From assembly GCA_963720565.1 (NCBI GenBank), contig CAVRFW010000005.1, forward strand, positions 359,027-423,026: DNA of 64,000 nt. The letters are read 5' to 3'. The notes beneath the pieces were generated by a model. That model was given only the letters and a program-made list of their open reading frames with translations. It did not search any database and was not told the origin of the DNA. This document shows positions 32,853 through 44,260 of the stretch, one piece after another; position 1 is the stretch's first letter; every line of letters begins with the position of its first letter. The position numbers and the translations under genes were made by a program. This stretch comes from Candidatus Bathyarchaeota archaeon. Lineage in GTDB: Archaea > Thermoproteota > Bathyarchaeia > Bathyarchaeales > Bathycorpusculaceae.

Positions 32853-33115
32853 GTGTCAGGAACGAAATCTTGAAAGGCTACTGAACATTGAAATAACTAG
32901 ACGGTCTTCAAATAGTCGAGTTTCAATCTACTCAAAAGAATCTTTTTCCGAAGTGTATCCACATTTCTCGCTGGTCCCAGCACCCCAACTGCAGTAGTCC
33001 GCTCGGGCTCAATAATTCGCTCGAGCATATTAGCAAATTGATATTCTTAATTCTATATGATTATGTACCAGATTAACGCCACAATCTCGTAGCGCGAGAT
33101 AAAGAAGCAGGATTT

Positions 33116-34366
33116 CTACGGCCAAAGTCCACGGGTCCTCAGCGCATGAGCTACTCTTCCAACGCCAAGCATGAGCGCAGCGGTTCTCATATCACTTTCC
33201 TCTTTCTTTGCGAGTTTGTATACGTCCTCAAAAGCCTTTACAATCTTTTTCTCTAGCTTAGTGTTTACTTCATCAAGAGTCCAATGCTCTCTGGTAAGAT
33301 TCTGTACCCACTCGAAGTAACTTACTGTAACTCCTCCAGCATTGGCAAGGATGTCGGGAATTAGCCAGACGCCCTTTTCATTAAGGACCTGATCCGCATC
33401 TGGACTTGTAGGCCCATTTGCTCCCTCAGCCACGATTTTGGCTCTGACGTTAGCTGCATTCTCTATGCTTATCTGGTTCTCAAGTGCCGCTGGCACTAGA
33501 ATATCACATTTGGTTTGGATCAGTTCTGAGTTTGTTATGTCATTACAGTCTTTGTAGCCTTTCACCGAACCAGTTTTGTTCTTGTGGACGAGAACATTGA
33601 AAGGTTTCAAGCCTTCACTACATCGAATTCCGCCCGTTGAGTCACTAACTGCAACTATGTTACAGCCCAAATTGTGGAGAATATTGGCTGCATTGTACCC
33701 CACATTTCCGAAACCCTGAACCGCCACAGTTGAACCTTTAAGTTTCAAGTTCAGTTTTGCAGCTGCTTCTCTAACACAATAGGACAACCCTAGCGATGTT
33801 GCACAGAATCTTCCTTCCGAACCGCCTATCTCAATCGGTTTGCCAGTAACGCTCTCCGGCACGCTGTATCCTTTAAGTTGACTGTATGTGTCCATTATCC
33901 ATGCCATAGTCTGTTCGTTCGTGTAAACATCTGGAGCTGGAACATCCCGGTGAGGACCAAGATAGTCAACGATTAAACTAATGTACCTCCTTGTTAAACG
34001 CTCTGTCTCTCCAAGCGACAATCTCTTGGTGTCGCATTGCACTCCTCCTTTTGCGCCTCCATACGGCAGACCCATTATTGCACATTTCCAAGTCATCCAC
34101 ATCGCCAAAGCTGTAACATCATCCAGGGTAACATTTGGGTGATACCGAATGCCACCTTTGAACGGTCCCATAACGTCCCAGTGTTGAACACGGCAGCCTT
34201 TGAAAACACCGATGCTGCAGTCATCCATCTTAATTGTCACCGATACCGTTATCGAGCGCTTTGGCTGTCTTAAAATCGCATGAATTCCCGGGTCTAGGTT
34301 CAATTTTTCAGCAGTCATTTTGAGCTGTTTAAGAGCTACAGTCAAGGCGGTTTGTTCTTGAGTCAT
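33116..34366 (-). CDS. gdhA: Glutamate dehydrogenase (Glu/Leu/Phe/Val family)
   Basis: GPFKGGIRYHP, MTWKCA..LPYGGAKGG, DVPAPD, VTGKP, QGFGNVG, EGANGP, ANAGGVTVSYFEWVQN. Confidence 0.95.
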   Translation of the reverse strand: MTQEQTALTVALKQLKMTAEKLNLDPGIHAILRQPKRSITVSVTIKMDDCSIGVFKGCRVQHWDVMGPFKGGIRYHPNVTLDDVTALAMWMTWKCAIMGLPYGGAKGGVQCDTKRLSLGETERLTRRYISLIVDYLGPHRDVPAPDVYTNEQTMAWIMDTYSQLKGYSVPESVTGKPIEIGGSEGRFCATSLGLSYCVREAAAKLNLKLKGSTVAVQGFGNVGYNAANILHNLGCNIVAVSDSTGGIRCSEGLKPFNVLVHKNKTGSVKGYKDCNDITNSELIQTKCDILVPAALENQISIENAANVRAKIVAEGANGPTSPDADQVLNEKGVWLIPDILANAGGVTVSYFEWVQNLTREHWTLDEVNTKLEKKIVKAFEDVYKLAKKEESDMRTAALMLGVGRVAHALRTRGLWP

Positions 34367-34605
34367 CAAGAGTTCCCTGCTCTGGTTGTTTATCTGGTGC
34401 ACGTTTAATTTAAAAGAATTGTCTTCTGGAATTCGCGATTCAACGATAGTTTCTGCTATCTAATGACTATGCCAAATACTCCATGAATTAGCGCACTGTT
34501 TCTATTCTTGTTTCTTCATCTAGATTTCAAAATCTGCCTAATATATGCGAAGAAATACCAATAAGCCAACCTATGAAAATGTCAATGAGAAAAGAGATAG
34601 TGTTG

Positions 34606-36213
34606 CTAGTCCAAAATCCTCTCTATAGCTTCTTTTTCAACTTCGTCAACTGTTGGGATCCCCGTCACCCTAGCAGCTCTTTCCGACAAGCTCATTAAGT
34701 CATTTCTGTCGAGAAGATCAAGCTTCCATCTTCTCGCACCAGCCATTAACTGTTTCAGTCCGACGCCTACCCTATCCGAAAGGTAGGTGTAAACACCAAT
34801 TGCTTCAATCGGAATTTCACTGAATCGATTGCCATATTTCGTTTTCAGAGTTGGCGTTGCGATGAAGAATTTTTCTGGGTCTGTACCGTAGCGGTCTGCA
34901 AAGCTTTTGGGAAGCTTAGCTTGCCCTGCCAACAGTTTAAAGTAGTGCGATTTCATAGCTGCTGTAATCGGAGAGCGTCCCATGAGCACGCCTTTCACTA
35001 GTGGCCCATCGCCGTAGTTACTTATGGCGATTGTCTTGAAAATCGATGTTTCTTCTATGAAGCCCCCTGCCATAACAAGATCAGGCACGTGGCGACCTTT
35101 CTTTTTGAGTATGCGGGCACATTTTAGAACTATTGCTTCGAGATAGACTGTCGGAATACTCATCTCATCCATCATAGGTACAGGGCTCATTCCTGTCCCG
35201 CCGCCTGCGCCGTCAAATGATAGTGCATCGATTTTAGCCTCAGAGGCAAATTTCATCGTGTAAGCCACTGCGGAGGGTCTATAAGCCCCCGTTTTTAGGA
35301 AAACACGCTTTGCACCTTGTCGTCTTAGCCATTCAATGTCTTCAACAAATGCTTTTTCCTTAGGTATGCCAACTCTGCTGTGTCTTTCAAAGGTCGTGAA
35401 GACGCCATCTCTAAAAGCTTGCTGAACCGATGGATCTTCAGGATCTGGGATAACTATATACCCTCTCTCCTTAAGCAGCAATGCCTTTTCAATGTTGTTT
35501 ATTCGGACTTCCCCGCCTATAGCTTTAGCTCCTTGCCCCCATTTCCTCTCGATTACGTTTACTTCCAATTTAGACAAAGCGTAAACATCTACGCCAAGCT
35601 TCTGATCTTCGACGTTTGTCTGCACGACCACTTCTCCATATTTCCCATCCCAGAACTTCCTGAAAGCTTCGACTCTCCGCTTCAACTCTTTTGAGTAAGT
35701 GAGCTTTCCACTCTCGATTTTAGCTTCAGCATCCATCCCGCAAACATTTTCTCCAATTACTATGGTAACACCTGAAAGGGCAGCGCCTACAGCTAGGCCG
35801 TCCCAATTTACTCTTGCGACATCAGTCGAGCCGAATGCTCCAGTCATTATTGGCAGCTTCAGTTGCACTCCGCCAATTTTGGTTTCTGTGTTCACGTTCG
35901 GGAAAACAGCCACTTCAGAATTCTCCTCAATTCCGCGAACCTCAAAAACGCTAGCTTGAATGTTGAAGTGTGACCAATCAAGGTCATAGTTCTTTAGTGA
36001 TCCAGCAGTACTTGTTCCATATTGCGAGGGTTCAGGATAAAGTGCTTCACGTCCCCTGAAGGCTGACAAACTGATTTCGCACATTACGGGGCAATCGTGG
36101 ATGCATATTGGGCACATTCCACTCACTGTGCTCGTGTCTTTCACACGTGTTGTAGTTCCAACTGTCGATTTTCCATTAAGATAAGAGCTGTTCTTTTGTA
36201 CGCGTTCACTCAA
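34606..36213 (-). CDS. FMN-binding glutamate synthase family protein (stand-alone GltB2-like)
   Basis: N-terminal CPICIHDCPVMCE, KWGQGAKAIGGE, LKTGAY, DGAGGGTGMSP, AGG. Confidence 0.88.
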   Translation of the reverse strand: MSERVQKNSSYLNGKSTVGTTTRVKDTSTVSGMCPICIHDCPVMCEISLSAFRGREALYPEPSQYGTSTAGSLKNYDLDWSHFNIQASVFEVRGIEENSEVAVFPNVNTETKIGGVQLKLPIMTGAFGSTDVARVNWDGLAVGAALSGVTIVIGENVCGMDAEAKIESGKLTYSKELKRRVEAFRKFWDGKYGEVVVQTNVEDQKLGVDVYALSKLEVNVIERKWGQGAKAIGGEVRINNIEKALLLKERGYIVIPDPEDPSVQQAFRDGVFTTFERHSRVGIPKEKAFVEDIEWLRRQGAKRVFLKTGAYRPSAVAYTMKFASEAKIDALSFDGAGGGTGMSPVPMMDEMSIPTVYLEAIVLKCARILKKKGRHVPDLVMAGGFIEETSIFKTIAISNYGDGPLVKGVLMGRSPITAAMKSHYFKLLAGQAKLPKSFADRYGTDPEKFFIATPTLKTKYGNRFSEIPIEAIGVYTYLSDRVGVGLKQLMAGARRWKLDLLDRNDLMSLSERAARVTGIPTVDEVEKEAIERILD

Positions 36214-36726
36214 TTCCAGCTTTCTCCTTGACGTTTGTTCATTTTCGGAATTCTCGTGCTTAATACTTCATGAGAATATTTAATTCTATTATACATTATC
36301 TATGTGAAGATATCGCCAACTATGCGAAATGAATGAAACATGTGTTGAAAGACAACGGATTTGGCTGGTAAACCTGGAAAGGTTTTCTTACAAATGCTCT
36401 CTAAGCGTCTTGTCTTCCTCCAGACATTAAACGCACAAAAATTCAAAAGAAAGGTGCTTAGCTGAATATGATTCTTAGCATAAGCAAAGTTCATGCCAAA
36501 CCCGAATGCAGGTTTGCGTAAAAGTTGCTCCAACACTAATCTTTGCGAGCGTTGCTGAGAGTTTCTGGATTTGCTTGCAGTTGGTGAAGCTGAATGTAGC
36601 CTGCTCCCGCACGCTGGGTCTGCATATTGCCATTCACGATTATTAGCATATACGAAAATGAAGGAACTGCTTAACATTCAACCCGTAAATTATATAACAG
36701 ATCTGAGAATGCCTCAGATCTATCGC

Positions 36727-37050
36727 TCACATCCTTTTTTCCTCTCTGAGGCACTTCGAACATACGCAATAGAATGGCAGGTTTTTTGTGTCACATAACT
36801 CGCAGTATTTGCAGTCTTGGCAAGGGAAATCGCTACCGCAGATTAAACAACTTTGAAGAAACGTCACTCTTTCGAGGCCCATAATGTTGGAGACTTCATC
36901 AACCAGTTTTTCAATGTTATTGTAGCTCTTTATCGAGAAAAAACCTTGCTCCCTATTGTATTCAAGACCAAGCCTGAGAAGCAGAACGAATTTTTCTTTT
37001 TCAACCCGAGGCAATTTGAAAGATTTTCTATTTAGAACAACCACTTCCAA
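36727..37050 (-). CDS. Hypothetical protein with Cys-rich C-terminus
   Basis: CLICG..CQDCKYCELC..CVCSKC; starts 11 nt after the rfcL stop. Confidence 0.7.
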   Translation of the reverse strand: MEVVVLNRKSFKLPRVEKEKFVLLLRLGLEYNREQGFFSIKSYNNIEKLVDEVSNIMGLERVTFLQSCLICGSDFPCQDCKYCELCDTKNLPFYCVCSKCLREEKRM

Positions 37051-37061
37051 TCACTCGCGGG

Positions 37062-38285
37062 TTAGATCCTGCTCATCTTTAGTAGATAATCAACTTCTGC
37101 AGGTTCCAGCTTAAGCCATGCAGGTATTTGGCTTGATTTGTGTTTCTCCATAATAATCTTAATGAAAGGAACAAAGTCGTTTTTAGCAGTAACTCGCGAA
37201 ACATGGCATTGTTTTCCTATTTTGGTGCAAATACTATCTAGCATCGTTCTCTTACCCTTGGTCCAAAAAAGGGTGATTATTCTTATCGGTGGGGAAATGA
37301 ACTCAAAAGGCTTATATGATTCAGGTGAGACCGCTGCGGCTTCAGCCATGGAATTGAAAAAATATTTTAGAAGATGCCAATGTTCCATACCGATTCTGCC
37401 CCTAAACAAGTCTGCACGAGAAACAAAGTTATAAGCCTCCGCAAGTTCCGAGGAATTAGTGTATCGCCTCGGAAGATTATCACTCACTGAAAGCAAAAAA
37501 TCATCATAATCAACACCTGAACGACTAAGCAAGCTAGCGGCTTCAGAGACAGATTTAGCTGAAAAGAATCCACGCAACGTCTGATCCATACTGACATCCT
37601 TGTTTCTGAAACTCAGACTCATAGTGTCTTGGAGCGTGAGAATCTTATTCGGTTCAGACAGGCTTTGCAAGTCATTTATGGCTGAACGAACGTCGCCTTT
37701 GCTGTTCTGTGCTATTCTCTCAAGAGCTTCAAATTCAGCTTCAACCTTTTCCATCTTGCAAATTTTTTGGAGCACGGCAATTACCAACGGTATGCGCACT
37801 TGTTGAAAGCGTATTAATACGGAAACTTTCTTTAAAGGTCTGATTTTTTCGAGGTCAGGATCGTTCGCAGCCATTATAACGGGTATGCGCGATTCCTCGA
37901 CTATCTTAACTATCGCTCCTATACCTCCTCGATCCTCTCTGCCTGCAACGCCGTCAACCTCGTCCAGAAAAAGAAGATTGCCCTTAACATCCGTTGAAAA
38001 CCTGTCCAAACCTGTAAACGAAGTTGCTGGCTTGGCGACCTTGTTTATTGTTTTTTCTGTTCTGGTGTCGCTGGCGTTCATCTCGATGATTCTGAAGCCG
38101 AATTCGTTTGCAGTTGCGTTAACCAGAGCAGTTTTCCCCACTCCAGGCGGTCCATAAAGCAACGCTGCTTTCTTTAGTCGGCGCCTGTTTTTAAGCCATT
38201 CGACAAAATTAGCCTTTGCCTCTTCATTTCCAATGACATCAGCTATTTTCTTTGGGCGGTACTTTTCAACCCATAAGGCATCCAT
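37062..38285 (-). CDS. rfcL: Replication factor C large subunit
   Basis: WVEKYRPK, GPPGVGKT, EMNASD, LDEVDG, GDVRSAINDLQ. Confidence 0.93.
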   Translation of the reverse strand: MDALWVEKYRPKKIADVIGNEEAKANFVEWLKNRRRLKKAALLYGPPGVGKTALVNATANEFGFRIIEMNASDTRTEKTINKVAKPATSFTGLDRFSTDVKGNLLFLDEVDGVAGREDRGGIGAIVKIVEESRIPVIMAANDPDLEKIRPLKKVSVLIRFQQVRIPLVIAVLQKICKMEKVEAEFEALERIAQNSKGDVRSAINDLQSLSEPNKILTLQDTMSLSFRNKDVSMDQTLRGFFSAKSVSEAASLLSRSGVDYDDFLLSVSDNLPRRYTNSSELAEAYNFVSRADLFRGRIGMEHWHLLKYFFNSMAEAAAVSPESYKPFEFISPPIRIITLFWTKGKRTMLDSICTKIGKQCHVSRVTAKNDFVPFIKIIMEKHKSSQIPAWLKLEPAEVDYLLKMSRI

Positions 38286-38287
38286 TC

Positions 38288-39286
38288 TCAAGAGTGTTCC
38301 CCTTTCAATTTCCCAATCTTTGCAAATTGGGCAAGCAAGGCGCTCAGCTGAATGTCACTGTTTGCGCCTTGAGTGAGTCGGTAGTCGTATTCACCTATTA
38401 TGTTTGTCAGTTCAGCCTTCTGTTCTGGAGATATGTAGGAAAGCTTGAGCAATTCCCTTTGCATCTGTCGAACTATCTCTGCCCCTGAGAAGCCAAAAGA
38501 GCCTATAAGATCGTACATTAATTTTCTAGCCTCGACAAAGTCTCCGCTTAATGCTTTATTGAGCATCATTTGAACCTGCTTAGGGCTTGCTTCACCAATC
38601 ACTTGGAGGACTGTTTTCTCGTCGATAATTCCATCTCGGAATACAGACGCGGTCTGCAAAGCATTGATCGCATGCCTGAGATCGCCTTCAGAGTGTTCGA
38701 CGATTCTCTCTGCGGCCTCAGGCGACAGAGTCAAGTTTTCTTTCTTTGCGATATACTCCAAGTGATCTTTCATCGCTTTCTTGTCAAGTTTCGAAAAGCG
38801 AAATACCGCGCAACGACTCTGTATGGGCTCGATGATTTTCCCTGACTGATTGCAAATCAAGATAAACCTGCTCGTGCGGGAGCTTGTCTCCATAATTCGT
38901 CTTAAAGCCGTTTGAGCCGGTCCAGTCATCTGATCGCTTTCGTCGAGAATAATTAAGGCGAAGGGTATGTTGCCAAAACCTGATCGGCTGTAACGTGAAA
39001 AATCTTTAACTCTATCCCGCACAGTATCGATTCCTCTTTCATCCGACGCATTAAGCTCCAAAGTGAAAGTCCTCCAATTCTGACCAAACAACTCCCGAGA
39101 GATACAAAGTGCCACAGTCGTCTTCCCAGTACCAGGTATACCCGCGAGAAGCAAATGCGGCATAGTTTTAGGGTTCCGCATAAAAGCTTTCAAGCTCTCT
39201 ACTATGTCATGCAAACCAACAATTTCATCCAATTTTTTTGGTCGGTATTTTTCAACCCACATAAGCGCTTCTTCATCAGATGCCAT
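38288..39286 (-). CDS. rfcS: Replication factor C small subunit (no intein)
   Basis: WVEKYRP, GIPGTGKTT, ELNASDERG, LDESD, ALRRIME, IQSRC. Confidence 0.95.
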   Translation of the reverse strand: MASDEEALMWVEKYRPKKLDEIVGLHDIVESLKAFMRNPKTMPHLLLAGIPGTGKTTVALCISRELFGQNWRTFTLELNASDERGIDTVRDRVKDFSRYSRSGFGNIPFALIILDESDQMTGPAQTALRRIMETSSRTSRFILICNQSGKIIEPIQSRCAVFRFSKLDKKAMKDHLEYIAKKENLTLSPEAAERIVEHSEGDLRHAINALQTASVFRDGIIDEKTVLQVIGEASPKQVQMMLNKALSGDFVEARKLMYDLIGSFGFSGAEIVRQMQRELLKLSYISPEQKAELTNIIGEYDYRLTQGANSDIQLSALLAQFAKIGKLKGEHS

Positions 39287-39482
39287 AAGTAATCCCCCAC
39301 ACAAATGGGTACAATTAACTTCTTTTGCATTCTTAATTTACTTTTCCATGTCGCACATCCTTCACAAAATGGCAATCGCTGTTGTTTGGCGAGTGGATGT
39401 CTAATAAAGGGGCTGATTTACGGCGCTTAAATATTATACCAAACTTAGGTGGCGAATTATCGTCTTGATAAAACAGTTAGCT

Positions 39483-39809
39483 TTAGCGGATTTTGCTGCC
39501 CTCTGCAATATCCTTTTCTGGTTGCAGAAACACAACGTTGCCTTTGTTGTCTTCAGCAGCCAGAATCATACATTGCGACTCGACACCCATCAATTTGCGT
39601 TTGGGAAGGTTAAGAATAAATGCACATTTCTTGTTGATTAGAGCTTCAGGCGTATACCACTGAAGAAGCCCCGCCACCGCCTGCCTTTTCTCTTCGCCAA
39701 AATCAACCAAGATTCTGATCAGGTTTCGAGATCCAGGAATCTGGTTCGCCTCCGCAATTTTGCCTATGCGCAAATCGAGCTTTTGAAATTCCTCAAAGGA
39801 GAGTTCCAA
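39483..39809 (-). CDS. tRNA-binding OB-fold protein (Trbp111 / MetRS C-terminal-like)
   Basis: FEEFQKLDLRIGKI, NLPKRKLMGVESQCMILAA. Confidence 0.88.
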   Translation of the reverse strand: MELSFEEFQKLDLRIGKIAEANQIPGSRNLIRILVDFGEEKRQAVAGLLQWYTPEALINKKCAFILNLPKRKLMGVESQCMILAAEDNKGNVVFLQPEKDIAEGSKIR

Positions 39810-39991
39810 CTTTAGACTTCCTCAATGAGGTTCTGTGGCTGACTAAATTAAAGGTTTTCATGTCTTCATCTCTCCTAAGGTACTACTATTACTGCTTGTT
39901 CATTTTCTTGTTCCGGAGAATCTTCATTTTTCTTCTGAAGTGCACGCTTTAGCAACAAGGAAATTGAAAAGAAAAATTGTATCGAGCAGAA

Positions 39992-40648
39992 TCATTTCTT
40001 GGCTTTTCGAGTCGATTGAGTTGTTCTTTGTGTTTCTTCAAAACGTTTCAAGTAATCTTCCAATGCTTTCCTACGTACTTCTTGAGTAACGTCCCCACGT
40101 GTTGTTTCGATAATTCTTCTAGCGACGTCGCATTTCCTCCTTAGCCCTGGGACAAGCATGTAGGCTTCGTCCAATGCAGTTAGCTCTAAATAGATTTCAT
40201 CCATCGTTTTCAGGCATTCATCACCTCTTTCGGCGTCTCCAACCCGTAGGGCATCCAGAGCTAAACGTCGGTATTCACCTATGACGTCGGCTAGACCTAG
40301 TACATAATCAGCAGAAGGGACCGCTAGTTCCTTTGGCGTGGCAAAACGCGTTTCCTTAGCTAATGTTAGAAATATCGCAGCTTCAGAATATTCCTGAAGC
40401 GCAGCGCTGAACATGCCCCCGTAGATTATGCTGGGATATTCTTTGGCCATTGTATGGAGCCTCAAAATGAGTTCTTTCGCTTTTTCTATCAGCTTTTCTG
40501 CTTCTTCCAGCTTTTTTTGATGATGGCGAAGTATAGATTGTTTCGAGAAATTCGTTGCTTTTCTCATATCTTCATGAGCGACTTCTCTCGTTCTTTCTTT
40601 TTCCGTAAGTTCTCTTTTCACTTCGTCAAGTATGTCTCTTAAAGTCAA
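39992..40648 (-). CDS. Translin/TRAX (archaeal C3PO) family protein
   Basis: QEYSEA, DYVLGLADVIGEYRR, LRRKCD. Confidence 0.85.
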   Translation of the reverse strand: MTLRDILDEVKRELTEKERTREVAHEDMRKATNFSKQSILRHHQKKLEEAEKLIEKAKELILRLHTMAKEYPSIIYGGMFSAALQEYSEAAIFLTLAKETRFATPKELAVPSADYVLGLADVIGEYRRLALDALRVGDAERGDECLKTMDEIYLELTALDEAYMLVPGLRRKCDVARRIIETTRGDVTQEVRRKALEDYLKRFEETQRTTQSTRKAKK

Positions 40649-40794
40649 GTTTTCACCACTTCATAAGAGTAGAACACATCTAGCTATTTATCGAAATCGT
40701 GAGAATTTAGAAGAAGCACTGCGCACGTTTCGGTTTTCTGGTTTTTAGGGTTTTGCTCCATGCATTAATCAAGAACTGTGTATTCCCCCTTAAT

Positions 40795-41758
40795 TCAGAC
40801 TGAGTCAAACCGGGTAGGCCTCTTGCGTTTACTCAGTAATACAACTCGGCTTTCGATCGACTCGTCTATTATGGTATAACTAGTTAGCTTCGCCAAGCAC
40901 TCAGCAAAATCGTGAACCTCCTGGTGTCCAGGCATATTATCGTAACTCAAACGAAGGCTTGAGAAACCGACATGCATATACGCTTTAGCCTCGATGTATG
41001 TTGGACTTGCTTTTTCAATGATTGCTGCATATTCCTCAATTGATTTCATATTATGCTCCTTCACCAAGGTCATGCGAATCACTGAAGGGCATCGGAAACT
41101 GGACAAGAAGTCAAGCGTCTCATTCAACTTCGCCCAAGCGTCTGGAAAATGCGGACGGCAAACTCGCTTGTATTCCTTCTCGTTCGGGGCACAAACGGAA
41201 ATATAGAGCTGGCTTGGTTCTTCATTCAACTTACCGAGTCTTGAGGGTAGAGTGCCATTTGAGACGAGAAACGTTGTGAATCCTCTCTCATGGAACAGTG
41301 CGAAGCAATTCTCCGAGAGGACCATAGAGGGTAGGTTCACCAGTTAGACTAACTGCAACGTGTCTAGGTGTCAAAGCTTCCGCTAACTTTCCCCAGTTCA
41401 CTTTCGAATTACCATTGTATCCGCTCAAGATCGCTCTCTGCGCTCTCAAACTCCCGAGCACAATATCTTCAACCGTGTCCCATTCGAGTAATTTCATCTC
41501 ATCCCAAGTAACCTGCAAATCTCCACTTTGCGCTCTCCAACAAAACAGACATTGCTGCGTACAGGAGAAAAGCGCAGGCGACATCTGGATACATTGATGA
41601 GACTTTATTCCGTAAAACTTTTGTTTGTAGCATGGTCTATCGTGAATCAGACTTTCATGAAGCCACTTGCACTTCTTAACTGCCGAATGATTGCCAACCA
41701 GATGATACTTCTGCTTTTTCAATGCTTGCACAAGCAAAGGAGAAATCGGGTTTACCAT
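40795..41758 (-). CDS. taw1: 4-demethylwyosine synthase Taw1/TYW1 (radical SAM); indel near 41297
   Basis: HSAVKKCKW, CYKQKFYGIKSHQC, CTQQCLFCWR, SLTGEPTLY, FLVSNGT, EAKAYMHVG. Confidence 0.92.
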
Positions 41759-42049
41759 TGTACCTTGCAGTCTCACATGCATTTTTTCTTAAAACATAGA
41801 AAGTAAACATGGTTCTATTAAATAATCGCTTAGCGTAATCTGCTGAAGAAAACAGCAATTATGATTGGTGTGAGGAGTTAGCCCGAGTCTTCTCAGATCG
41901 TTCAACTTCATATCAGAGTTGACCTGATTCTTCTCGCATATTTTTTGTTGTTTTCACTTGTTCGAACTAAAGGCAAAGTTTAAAATGGTCTCTTGGTAGT
42001 AAATGTCAGCCGCAATGAGAATGTCTAACGAACATCGGAGACCTTTGGT

Positions 42050-44153
42050 TTGAACAATAAAACTGTTACAGGTATGCTTCTTCTTACGTTATGCGCAACA
42101 TTTCTGTATATGCCTCTCTCGGTCATTGGTCAGCTTGGAGTTTATATCTACCAAGTCACTCCAACGGGTTTGTCGGGGCCAGTTGGGGAATATGTCAATG
42201 TCCAAGGCACAATAAACACTAGGAATGGCAATTATGAGGTTTGGTTTGGCGATACCCTTGTTGTCAGCAACACAGCTGAAGGATACTACATAAACGCCAA
42301 TTTCTCGGTGCCAGAAACCATGGCGGGAGACTACACAATTATGTTGTTGGACGTTAAGGAGGATGCTTACGCTGAAAAAGATTTTAAGCGTAACCACAGA
42401 GTATTCTGCGGAAGCTGTTGTTCCTTCATCGCCAGCAATATTGCAGCAAGGAAGCAGTGTGCCTCTGAATATTAAGGTTACGGGAGGAGAAAATAACACA
42501 GTTTACTACGCAACTATCACAGTTATGCTTCCTTCCCCATTAAACACAAACTACTCTAGGCAAATCACCCTCACCACAAACAGTAAAGGAACTGCTCAAG
42601 CCCAACTTACCTTTCCAGATACTAGTTTTCAGCCTGATGGTTCGATTACTAACTACGCGGGTTCATACACAGTCTTCTTTAATCAGACGCAATTGTTGTC
42701 AACTAGTTCATTCTTGATAGGTTTTGCCGACTCGAACATCTATCATAGAGGTCAATCCGCAACAATTCGTGCAATAGGATACCAACCAAACGAAGGTGCG
42801 ACAATAACTATCACCTATTCAGACACTGGTGCTGTAGTTCACTCTGAAGCAGCAACAGCCTCAGGCGCGGGCGTCATTAACGCTGCTTGGGCTGTTCCAC
42901 TAGACGCGAAGGTAGGTAATTATGTCATAACCATAACTCCGTCGAACACACCCAAACCGGTCATGGATTCGCAACTCTTTACCATTCCGGGTTATCCTAT
43001 TACAATCCGGACTTTGAGTTTGGCGGGTAACATTGTGTCCCAGGTCCTGGTTCAAGCAGTGGATGGAGAAACAAACGCAGTTTTTAACGCTACAAGTGCA
43101 CTTGATGGAAAGGCTACTCTGAAACTTGAGAGGGGCAGTCATAGAATAACTGCTTTCTGGAATGATGTAAAAGTAGGCGAAATTACCGTCTCAATAATTG
43201 GCGAAAGCTCATTTGATTTAACATGTGAACTAACCAACCTCAAGATAACCGTCAAAAATGGCGACGGTTTCTTGATGCCATTTGTAAACCTAGATGTTAG
43301 TTTTCAATACGTAAAAACTGGGGGAAGCGGAATAGAAAAAGGAAGTGCATCAGGTCAAACGGATCTATCTGGAACTTTTGTTTTGAACTCTACCCTTGCC
43401 CGAATCGGTTACACAATAAATGCTTCTTTGTACGGAATAGTTTTCAACCTTGGCAACAACACCATTACCAGTCTTCCAGCTCAATCATCTTCTGAGGCGT
43501 TGATACTATGTCCAACTAAGACATTGGCATTGAAAGTTGTCGGTTACAATCAAGTGCCAGTTACTAACTCACGTTTGGAACTGGTTGAATCAACTAGCGG
43601 GATATTCTACGGATACATTACGGACAATTCTGGTATTGCCAATGCAGAAGTCACTTTTGGAAAGTACAAGGCACGAGTTTATGCGCAGGGTATTTTGCTG
43701 AATGAGACTACAATAGAGGTTTACAGCGACATACAAAAAGAAATTCACTGTAGCCTCTACAACATTCAGATTTCCGTGAAAGTCGTTGACTACTTCGGAC
43801 AGCCAATATCCAACGCTCAGGTGGTTATAAACAAACTGGGCACAGAAGAAATCTCCGCCAAAACTCAAGCTGATGGAACAGCAACATTCAACAATGTAAT
43901 TGGTGGCAGCATACAAGCAATTGCTTATCCTGCAGGGATGGAGAATTCTTACGAAGCAGTAAATATAGAAGTTAATGCCCCCCAGTCCATCCAAATCAAA
44001 CTAGCCAAGTACACGCTTCTAGGACCTCTCCTAGTGGAGACAAGCGTGCTGGTAACAGTATTGTTAATTGTAGCAGCAATAATCATGTTCCTGCTAATAG
44101 AAATTTACAGAAGAAAGAAAACAAGCTCTGACAGAAATGAATTAAATGCATAA
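42050..44153 (+). CDS. Secreted, C-terminally anchored surface protein with beta-sandwich (carboxypeptidase-regulatory-like) repeats; indel near 42385
   Basis: Signal peptide, T/S/N-rich beta strands, repeated TD.SG motifs, many N-x-S/T sequons, TM helix followed by RRKK. Confidence 0.75.
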
Positions 44154-44260
44154 TCTTAAGTTTGGGATAAAAAAGTTTATATCTACTCCAAGAGAAATAG
44201 CATTTTCGGAAATGCATCGCAATCCATTTAATTTTAATGACTAAAACAGAGGTGTATCCA

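Noticed and set aside
36300..36798. 125-aa and 75-aa ORFs upstream of the glutamate synthase-like gene
   Set aside because: No recognisable motifs; likely non-coding regulatory space
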